Assembly: GCA_963678065.2 (NCBI GenBank)
Contig: CAXXVZ010000004.1
Coordinates: 416,001 to 480,000, forward strand
Reading direction: 5' to 3'
Length of the DNA stretch: 64,000 nucleotides
Source of the DNA: Treponemataceae bacterium
Lineage (GTDB): Bacteria; Spirochaetota; Spirochaetia; Treponematales; Rectinemataceae
Positions within the stretch are counted from its first letter, which is position 1. Every line of letters starts with the position of its first letter. This document shows, piece by piece, positions 56,802 to 64,000 of this stretch. Made by a program: the position numbers and the translations under genes. The notes under the pieces were generated by a model. That model did not search any database, had not been told where the DNA came from, and saw only the letters and a program-made list of their open reading frames with translations.

Positions 56802-58055
56802 TCAGGCCTTCTTCAGCTCGTATACATCGCGGGGTCTCATCTCGAAGGGGGAGTACTGGCACTTGAGAACCCATTTGGGAAGCTTGTACTCGCCGAATTC
56901 CTTGTACGAGAGAGCGAGGATCTCAACTATCTCCTGGTCGAGGGCGATGGAGCGGAGGTGTTCGAAGGCGTCATCTATCGGCATGGGAGAGCGGTAGGGC
57001 CTTTCGCCGACCAGGGCGTCGAAGACATCGGCCACCGCGATGATGCGGGACTCGAGGGGTATGGCGGTTCCCCATATACCTTCCGGATATCCGGAGCCGT
57101 CCATCCGCTCGTGGTGATACAGGGCGAAAACGCCGAGATGGGAGAGCTCGCGGAAATTGTTCAGAATCTTGGCGGAACTCAAGGGGTGTCCCTGCACGAT
57201 GGCGTACTCCTGGGGAGTGAGGGCACCGTTCTTGATGAGGATCTCGAGAGGAATGGAGAGCTTTCCGATATCGTGCAGGAGGGCGGCGATGTAGAGATCG
57301 CGCAGTCTGCGCCCCTTCATGCCCATCTGCATGCCGATGAAGGCGGCAAGGGCGGCGACGCGGCGGGAGTGGTTGGAGGAGAACCGCTCCGACTGCTCGA
57401 ACAGAAAGATGATCGATTCGAGCCCCCGGGATTCGTAGAAGAAGCTCGATCTGCGCCGCACCCAGAAATAGGTGGGAAGAAAGGCCAGTATGGAGGCGAA
57501 TACCGCAAGCGCAAAATCCTGGAAGCTGAGGACGAAGTTCTTGAAGTCGGCCTTGAGGTTGAATGTGAAGGGTCTGCCTCCCGTTCTCGCGATCTGGAGG
57601 TCTCCCGAGCTCTGGAGATTGGCGAGCACCTTGCGGGCGTCCAGTTTGACGACTCCGTGGTACTGGGTCAGGGCGTTGGTCTGCTCGCCGTCCTGGATCG
57701 GGAACTGCACAATGAGATCCCGGCCATCGCTCTCGACAGTGTAATTCGCGGAGTCGGGGGGCGAACCCCGCTCTATGTCGGCGGCGAGGACGAAGGGATA
57801 GTTCCCTTCGATTTCGTCCATGGCGCTGCGGCCCGCGGCCGCGCCCCTGTTGTCCACGAGATCGCGCAAATCGGTCCAGACGAAGAAACCGTCCCGGATT
57901 CCGGTCAGCTCGAGCCGGACAACTGTCTCAAAGCTGTTTTTCGCGGCGTTGAACATGTTTTCACGTTCACTTGTCCGCGCCACGATGAGGAGGGCAATCG
58001 TTCCGAAAAGCGTGATGACAAGAACCAGAATGGAAACCAGTAAATTACGTTTCAT
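56802..58055 (-). CDS. Membrane HD-GYP phosphodiesterase with periplasmic (CHASE4-like) sensor
   Basis: Two TM helices, HSRRV, LLHDIGK, HHERMDGSGYP, IAVADVFDAL...RPYR. Confidence 0.93.
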   Translation of the reverse strand: MKRNLLVSILVLVITLFGTIALLIVARTSERENMFNAAKNSFETVVRLELTGIRDGFFVWTDLRDLVDNRGAAAGRSAMDEIEGNYPFVLAADIERGSPPDSANYTVESDGRDLIVQFPIQDGEQTNALTQYHGVVKLDARKVLANLQSSGDLQIARTGGRPFTFNLKADFKNFVLSFQDFALAVFASILAFLPTYFWVRRRSSFFYESRGLESIIFLFEQSERFSSNHSRRVAALAAFIGMQMGMKGRRLRDLYIAALLHDIGKLSIPLEILIKNGALTPQEYAIVQGHPLSSAKILNNFRELSHLGVFALYHHERMDGSGYPEGIWGTAIPLESRIIAVADVFDALVGERPYRSPMPIDDAFEHLRSIALDQEIVEILALSYKEFGEYKLPKWVLKCQYSPFEMRPRDVYELKKA

Positions 58056-58202
58056 AATGTCTATATTCTAATCTCCTTCCTCCAGGTTATCAAGTCAAAA
58101 CACGTAGTAGTCCTTCATTTTTGGCTCGCAGGCCCCAAAGCCCTCCGACGAGAAGAGGAAAACGCTGTTGACGGTCCTGCCGACCGGCTCTAGTATGGTT
58201 TT

Positions 58203-59636
58203 ATGTTCCCGAAAGAAACGTACAGGGCGAGACGATCCGCTCTCCGCACACTCCTTTGCGCCTCGGGCGGCAGCTACGGTGGCCCCGACAGCGGCTCCGA
58301 TGGCCTCGTATTCCTCCCCGGAAACGGCGACAGCCCGCGCAACTACCGGGACAACGCCTATCCGTTCAGGCAGGACTCGACATTTCTCTACCTCTTCGGC
58401 CTCTCGGTGCAGGGCTTGGACGCCCTCGTCGATCTTGCGAGCGGCGAGGTCACGCTCTACGGCGACGACGCGCGGATGGACGACATCATCTGGACCGGCC
58501 CCCTCCCGACTGTGGCGGAAATGAGAGATATGGCCGGAGCGGAGCGCTCGGCCTCCGCAGCTTTGCTCGCGAGGGATCTCGCGGCCGCGCGCGCGGCGGG
58601 CAGGACGGTACACTTTCTGCCACCGTACAGCGACGCAGTCCGCCTCAGACTGTCGGCACTTCTCTGCCTTGTCCCTGAGGAGCTTGACGGTTTTGCGTCC
58701 CTGCCCCTCATAAGGGCCATGATCGCGCTGCGGGAAATCAAGGAAACCGCTGAAATAGCGGAATTGGAAAAAGCTGCGGGCGTCTCCGTCCGCATGCACT
58801 CCGCCGCGCTGAGAGGCGCGCGCGCCGGTATGTCCGAAGCGCGCGTCGCGGCACTTGCCACGGAAGAGGCCCTTTCCGGAGGTGGGGATCTCTCTTTTCC
58901 GATCATCGCGACGACACACGGAGAAGTTCTCCACAACCACGGTCGCGCAGGCACGCTGAAAGCGGGCGGGACCCTCCTCCTGGATGCGGGCGCCGAAAGC
59001 CCTGAAGGGTACGCGGGGGACCTCACGACGACCTTTCCGATCGGGCCCCGCTTCTCCGACCGGCAGCGGGACATCTACTCCCTCTTGCTCTCTGTCTTCG
59101 CGACCGCGACTTCACTCCTCGCTCCGGGAATGCTCATGCGGGAAGTCCACAAGGCCGCCTCGAAGACTCTCGCAGAGGGCCTCGTCTCTCTCGGCATCAT
59201 GAAAGGAGATCCGGTCGAGGCTGTCGAACAGGGCGCCCACGCCCTGTTCTTTCCCCACGGACTCAGCCACATGATCGGACTCGACGTGCACGATATGGAG
59301 AACTACGGCGAGGACCTCGTCGGCTATGACGACGATACGGGCCCGCGCCCCGCACAGTTCGGCCTCAGCTCTCTCAGACTGGCCAAACGCCTCAAATCCG
59401 GAATGGTCCACTCCGTGGAGCCGGGCATCTATTTCATCCCCGGTCTCATCGGCCTCTGGAAAAGCGAAAGGCGCCACGAATCCTTCATCGCCTACGGCAG
59501 GCTCGAAGACTGGCTCGGAGTCGGCGGCATGCGCAACGAGGAAGACTGGCTCATCACGGACTCAGGCGCCCGGCGTCTGGGCCCATCATTCGACAAAAGC
59601 CTCGCGGCCATCGAGGCCGCACGGAGCGGTATATGA
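58203..59636 (+). CDS. pepP: Xaa-Pro aminopeptidase (M24B)
   Basis: FRQDSTFLY, LLDAG, YAGDLT, HGLSHMIGLDVHD, EPGIYF, RNEED. Confidence 0.93.
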   Translation: MFPKETYRARRSALRTLLCASGGSYGGPDSGSDGLVFLPGNGDSPRNYRDNAYPFRQDSTFLYLFGLSVQGLDALVDLASGEVTLYGDDARMDDIIWTGPLPTVAEMRDMAGAERSASAALLARDLAAARAAGRTVHFLPPYSDAVRLRLSALLCLVPEELDGFASLPLIRAMIALREIKETAEIAELEKAAGVSVRMHSAALRGARAGMSEARVAALATEEALSGGGDLSFPIIATTHGEVLHNHGRAGTLKAGGTLLLDAGAESPEGYAGDLTTTFPIGPRFSDRQRDIYSLLLSVFATATSLLAPGMLMREVHKAASKTLAEGLVSLGIMKGDPVEAVEQGAHALFFPHGLSHMIGLDVHDMENYGEDLVGYDDDTGPRPAQFGLSSLRLAKRLKSGMVHSVEPGIYFIPGLIGLWKSERRHESFIAYGRLEDWLGVGGMRNEEDWLITDSGARRLGPSFDKSLAAIEAARSGI

Positions 59637-59866
59637 AAACAGTGTTCGCGTCGACCTTCCAGGATGACGCCGTCGTCGTGAAGAGCCTCCTCGAATCAGC
59701 CGGCATCGAGGCCGAAATTCTTGTGGACGGCATGTTCGACATCAATCCCCTCTTCGTCATGGACATGAAAGGCGCACAGGTCCTCGTCGCGGACGCACAG
59801 GCCGAGGATGCCCTGTCCATCGTCGAAGATTTCCGGAAAAACAAGAGTCAGAGTCATGCGGACTGA
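59633..59866 (+). CDS. DUF2007 putative signal-transducing protein
   Basis: VVKSLLESAGI...VLV...AEDA pattern; ATGA overlap. Confidence 0.8.
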   Translation: MKTVFASTFQDDAVVVKSLLESAGIEAEILVDGMFDINPLFVMDMKGAQVLVADAQAEDALSIVEDFRKNKSQSHAD

Positions 59867-59962
59867 GGTAGCGCCCGCAGAATGCGGATCACTCGCTATA
59901 AGCGAGTAAATCACACTCTTGGAGCGAATTGCTTTTAATTTCAGGGGCCATACCATGGCCCT

Positions 59963-60310
59963 GTGACCGAGCTCCAAAAAAATCTTTCCGACAACATGAA
60001 ACGCCGCCGCAAATACCTTGGCATCTCCCAGATGGATCTGGCGGCCAGAGCCAATCTCTCTTCGGGCTACATCGGAGAACTGGAGAGCGGCACGAAGTTC
60101 CCTTCCGGAGAAACTCTGGAAGTTCTGGCCGAGGCGCTGGAAGTGAGACCTTTCGTTCTGCTCATGAGCAGCGAAGACCTCTCGCTGGAGGTCAGGGACC
60201 AGGCTGTCCTCGAGGCGACAGACAGGCTCAGATCCATCGTGGACAAGGGATTCGGCGAACTCATGGAAACGATCCGCCCCCGCTCCGGCGACAAGGGCAC
60301 CTACGACTGA
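59963..60310 (+). CDS. XRE-family HTH regulator
   Basis: RRKYLGISQMDLA...SSGYIGELESG.KFPS..TL..LAEALEV. Confidence 0.9.
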   Translation: MTELQKNLSDNMKRRRKYLGISQMDLAARANLSSGYIGELESGTKFPSGETLEVLAEALEVRPFVLLMSSEDLSLEVRDQAVLEATDRLRSIVDKGFGELMETIRPRSGDKGTYD

Positions 60311-60412
60311 AGGCCCCGCCCGAACGAATCGGAGGCTGTACCCGGGACAGAACTGCATGCTCTGTTCTTCCGCTAGAAAACCCGCAGTGGAGGGCTTTTT
60401 AGCGGAAATCTT

Positions 60413-61516
60413 TCAGTCCTTCCCCTCGGGGAGCGCCCTCACGAGCCTCTCATTGAACGAAATCGAGACGCGGGCGCCTTCGGGCGCAATTTTTTTGCCC
60501 GCGGGGTCGTCGATCTGGACGAGGATTTCCCCGTACGCGGTCTTTATGAAACTCTCGACGCTGGATCCGAGGTAGACGTTGGCCGACACCGTCCCGTCGG
60601 TGATGCCTGCGCCAGGTTCGCCGAGCCTTAAAGATTCAGGTCTCGCCATGAGGACGGCCTTCCCGCCCGCGAAGAGCCCCGGGGCGCTCTTCGCCGCCCT
60701 GACCGGCTTGCCCTCCACCGTGCAGACGCAGGCTCCGTCCGCCTCCATCCCCTGGATATCGGCGGGGAAAAAAGCGACCTTGCCGACGAATCCTGCGACG
60801 AACATGGAATCAGGCGCCTCGTATATGGTGTTCGGACTGCCGATCTGCCTGATGAGACCGTTTTTCATGACGATGACGCGGTCCGAGAGGCTCATCGCCT
60901 CGACGCGGTCGTGGGTCACGTAGATGGCCGTTATGCCGAGCGATTTCTGGATGCGTCTGATCTCCACGCGCATCTGCTCGCGGAGAAGGGCGTCGAGGTT
61001 GGACAGCGGTTCGTCGAGGAGGAGGACCTGGGGCTCGACGACGAGAGAGCGGGCGAGGGCCACCCGCTGCTGCTGACCGCCCGAAAGCCTTCCGGGAGCG
61101 CGCGCTCCCAGCTCGGAGAGCCCCACGAGGGCGAGGGCGCTCTCGACCCGCCTCTTCATCTCGCCATCGGAGACCTTGCGCACGCGAAGGCCGTAGGCAA
61201 CGTTGTCGAAGACGTTGAGATGGGGGAAGAGTCCGTAAGACTGAAAGACGGTCGCGGTGTCGCGCCCGTTGGGCGGCAGGTAGGTCACGTCGACCCCGCC
61301 GATGAGGATCTTTCCATGAGTCGGCAGTTCGAAACCGCCTATCATGCGGAGAGTCGTCGTCTTGCCGCAGCCCGAGGGGCCGAGCAGCGTCACGAGTTCG
61401 CCGGGCTCGACCTCGAAATCCGAGTCGCGCACGGCGGCCACTTCGTTCTTCGTCTTGGGATCCCTGAATATCTTGGAAACTTTTTCGAGCCTGACAGGCA
61501 CTGATTTTTCGGCCAT
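60413..61516 (-). CDS. ABC ATP-binding protein (FbpC/AfuC/PotA-like, with TOBE domain)
   Basis: GPSGCGKTT, VFQSYGLFPH, LSGGQQQR, DEPLSNLD. Confidence 0.95.
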   Translation of the reverse strand: MAEKSVPVRLEKVSKIFRDPKTKNEVAAVRDSDFEVEPGELVTLLGPSGCGKTTTLRMIGGFELPTHGKILIGGVDVTYLPPNGRDTATVFQSYGLFPHLNVFDNVAYGLRVRKVSDGEMKRRVESALALVGLSELGARAPGRLSGGQQQRVALARSLVVEPQVLLLDEPLSNLDALLREQMRVEIRRIQKSLGITAIYVTHDRVEAMSLSDRVIVMKNGLIRQIGSPNTIYEAPDSMFVAGFVGKVAFFPADIQGMEADGACVCTVEGKPVRAAKSAPGLFAGGKAVLMARPESLRLGEPGAGITDGTVSANVYLGSSVESFIKTAYGEILVQIDDPAGKKIAPEGARVSISFNERLVRALPEGKD

Positions 61517-61611
61517 GGTTATCATCCTTTTCCGGTCACATTCCGGGCGTTCCGGATTGTCCGGACGGCCGGAACCTGACGAGGCCCGCATTCCGTCCGG
61601 ATATCGGCATC

Positions 61612-63816
61612 TCACTGCGCCGTGACAGTCTTTTCGAGGTTCTCGCTCTGTCTCACGAGGAGGCGCATGAGCCCGAACACCGCCAGCACGATGATGATGA
61701 GAGTGGTCGCGAGGACCGAGGCGAGTCCGAAGCGGATGTTCTCCGAGAAGTTGTAGATCTGGATCGTGATGTGGTACCAGCGCGCGCTGATGAGGAAGAT
61801 GATCGCGCTGACAGCCGTCATCGAGCGGACGAAGGTGTAGGACATGCTCGAAATGAAGGCCGGCCGTATGAGAGGCAGAATGACGGTCCGGAAGATCGTC
61901 GTCTGGTCGGCGCCTAAGTCCGCGGCCGCCTCCTCTATGGAAGGATCGATCTGCCTGAGCGCCGCCACGCCGCCCTCTATCCCGACGGGAAGCTCGCGGA
62001 TGACGTAGTTGATGACGAGGATGGCTCCCGTGCCGACGAGGAGCAGCGGAGGCTTGTTGAAGGCGAGAATGTAGGCGATACCGATGAGGGTTCCCGGTAT
62101 GGCGAAGGGCGTCATCATGAGGGCCTCGAGGAAGCGCTTGCCCGGGAAACTCTTGCGCACGAGGAGGACTGCCGCGATCATGGCGAGGAGCCCCGCGATA
62201 GGCGTCGCGATGCCGGCCAGGGTCATGGTCGAGAAGAGAGCCGCCTTGCCGCGCTCGAGGGCCTCGCCGATGTTCGCGAGGGTGAAGGTGTAATCCACGC
62301 CCCAGTTTTTCACGAAGCAGCCGGCCACGATGGTTCCGTAGAGGGCGACGATGAGGGCGCTCGTCACGATGACGAAGGCGGCCAGGCCGCGGCGGACGGG
62401 CTTCGAGGCCAGGTCCGAGAGCCTCGTGGAGGGCTTGCCCGTGACGACGACGAAGGACTTCCGCGAAACCCACCAGCGCTGGGCGAAGAAGGCCGTCAGG
62501 GTTGGAAGCAGAAGCAGGATGGAGAGGGCCGCGCCGTTGCCGATTCGGTTCATGCCGGTCACCTCGATGTAGGATTCCACCGAGAGGACCCGGAACGAAC
62601 CCGACAGGAGGAGAGGATTGGCGAAGTCGGCGAGGGAGTTGGTGAAGACGAGGAGCCAGGCCGAGAGGATGCCCGGAGCCGCGAGGGGAAGAGTCACGTG
62701 AGTGAAGGTGTGCCATCTGCCAGCGTTCAAGTCCAGCGAGGCGTCCTCGAAGGTGGAATCGATGGCCTGGAGCACTCCGGCGAGCGTGAGGAAGGCGATC
62801 GGGAACATCGAGATGGTCTGGACCGCCGTGAGCCCGCCGAGTCCGTAGATCGAGAAATGCTCGAGGTGGAGGAATCGCTTCGTTATGAGACCGTTGTTGC
62901 CGAAAAGGAGGATGATCGACAGGGTTAGGGAGAATGGCGGCGAGATGACAGGCATGGTGGCGAGGGCCGTGATGAGCTTTTTCCCTTTTATCGATGTCCT
63001 CGCGACAGCGAAGGCGAAGAGGAATCCTATGAAGGTGGAGACTGTCGCCGTCATGGCTCCGAGTTCGACCGATCCCCAGAGAGCCTGCAGGTATTGCTTC
63101 GTCCCGAGGATTGTCTTCCAGATCGCGAAGGAGAAACGTCCGTCCTTCAGGAAGGTGAGCCTCAAGGCCTCCACGAGGGGGTAGGCGACGAAGGTCAGGA
63201 CAATCCCGAAGAGCACGAGGACAGCGTAACCCGTCACCGGATCGCGCGAGAAGGTCGCGATGCCGAAGCCGAGCGCGAAGACGGCGAAGGCGATGAGCAT
63301 GAGAGCGTCCGCGAGCCGGAGGAAGGATGTCGAGCGGGCGCCGTCGATCGCGACGATGACGACCCCGGCCGCGCCGTCCTGGGCCTCGGTCGGCACAGGG
63401 GCGAAGACGAGTTTCACGTCCGCCTTCCCGAGCCGGTATGATCCAGGCGCTATGAAGGTCTCGAGATATGAGGCCGCCTCGATCCCCTTCGCAAAATCGG
63501 GGGAATCCTTCCGGGCGGCGTAGAGCGCCGCAAGCTCGGGGTTGCCCGCGTACTCGGCGGCTCCTTCCTCGCCCGGGAGCCCCTTCAGATAATGGAAGGA
63601 TATGCCCGGATAGCTCGACGCGGCCTTGCCGAGCCAAGCAAAGATGGCCCCGGGATCGGAAGGGACCGAACGGGCCACCGCTGTCGCGAGCCCCCGCTGG
63701 TCCTCCGATACCGTCTTCACGAATCCTGCCTTGAGCGTCGAGACCATCCAGAAATCGAAGCAGAGAAAAATGATGCATGCGGCCGCGAAGGCGATGATCT
63801 TCTTTTTTGTGAACAC
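61612..63816 (-). CDS. FbpB/AfuB-type double ABC permease with an extra N-terminal TM-periplasmic-TM module
   Basis: ISPPF, LADFANP, PFAIPGT..GIAYILAFN, IEEAAADLGA; ~190-aa N-terminal extension. Confidence 0.92.
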   Translation of the reverse strand: MFTKKKIIAFAAACIIFLCFDFWMVSTLKAGFVKTVSEDQRGLATAVARSVPSDPGAIFAWLGKAASSYPGISFHYLKGLPGEEGAAEYAGNPELAALYAARKDSPDFAKGIEAASYLETFIAPGSYRLGKADVKLVFAPVPTEAQDGAAGVVIVAIDGARSTSFLRLADALMLIAFAVFALGFGIATFSRDPVTGYAVLVLFGIVLTFVAYPLVEALRLTFLKDGRFSFAIWKTILGTKQYLQALWGSVELGAMTATVSTFIGFLFAFAVARTSIKGKKLITALATMPVISPPFSLTLSIILLFGNNGLITKRFLHLEHFSIYGLGGLTAVQTISMFPIAFLTLAGVLQAIDSTFEDASLDLNAGRWHTFTHVTLPLAAPGILSAWLLVFTNSLADFANPLLLSGSFRVLSVESYIEVTGMNRIGNGAALSILLLLPTLTAFFAQRWWVSRKSFVVVTGKPSTRLSDLASKPVRRGLAAFVIVTSALIVALYGTIVAGCFVKNWGVDYTFTLANIGEALERGKAALFSTMTLAGIATPIAGLLAMIAAVLLVRKSFPGKRFLEALMMTPFAIPGTLIGIAYILAFNKPPLLLVGTGAILVINYVIRELPVGIEGGVAALRQIDPSIEEAAADLGADQTTIFRTVILPLIRPAFISSMSYTFVRSMTAVSAIIFLISARWYHITIQIYNFSENIRFGLASVLATTLIIIVLAVFGLMRLLVRQSENLEKTVTAQ

Positions 63817-63950
63817 GGGTGCGGTCTCCTGGTTTCGGGTAGGTTCGCGTCATCGCGGACTACGGCGTTCGAACGCCGCGATGGCTGTCCTCGTGCCGGC
63901 CGGGAAGGCCCGCTGCAAAGCGCCCCGCCTCGTCCGGTCTGGATAAAACC

Positions 63951-63989
63951 GCAGTGGGCCGGTCGATCTTGAATCGACCGGCCCACTGC
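63951..63989 (-). terminator. 17-bp perfect stem-loop upstream of the permease, probably following an SBP gene outside the window
   Basis: GCAGTGGGCCGGTCGAT-cttga-ATCGACCGGCCCACTGC. Confidence 0.6.
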
Positions 63990-64000
63990 CCTGATCCCGA

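Noticed and set aside
59963..60310. XRE regulator as prophage repressor or antitoxin
   Set aside because: No phage, integrase or toxin gene is adjacent.
61517..63853. Long N-terminal extension of the 1146-aa ATPase ORF
   Set aside because: Arg-rich off-frame read of the permease gene; the true start is about 61516.

Overview
High-GC chromosomal segment from an anaerobic bacterium, most likely a spirochaete (inferred from gene repertoire). No rRNA, tRNA, CRISPR array, prophage or intact transposase is visible. 1-20.8 kb is a partly decayed metal/corrinoid island. It holds an RHH-Cys/His regulator heading a Zn/Mn ABC system, a DUF318::NicO chimera, and a cobalamin-riboswitch-led cobO-cbi-btu operon broken by a 111-bp inverted-repeat element. 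It also holds a frameshifted low-GC MtaA/CmuA gene, a second metal ABC system, zupT, an MBL/Mrp/DUF134-NifX cluster and a sigma54-driven SHOCT/4Fe-4S pair. 20.9-32.9 kb is cell-envelope scavenging (sugar ABC, MFS, murQ-murR-kinase, GDPD, ugpBAE). 32.9-41.1 kb is a MacB/LolCDE-type ABC + LolA-like + beta-barrel + two-component operon. 41.3-46.7 kb carries the late futalosine-type menaquinone genes (ubiD/ubiA/ubiX homologues) coupled to an SsuABC-like importer, a candidate quinone head-group salvage system and my best candidate for an undescribed system. The remainder has an orphan PAS kinase, a PD-(D/E)XK-like protein, GH1/LacI, hrpB, a degenerate NTase-HD protein, HD-GYP, pepP, XRE and an FbpB-type permease with an extra Cache-like N-terminal domain. 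Several first genes look leaderless. All family calls are by motif recognition, not database search.
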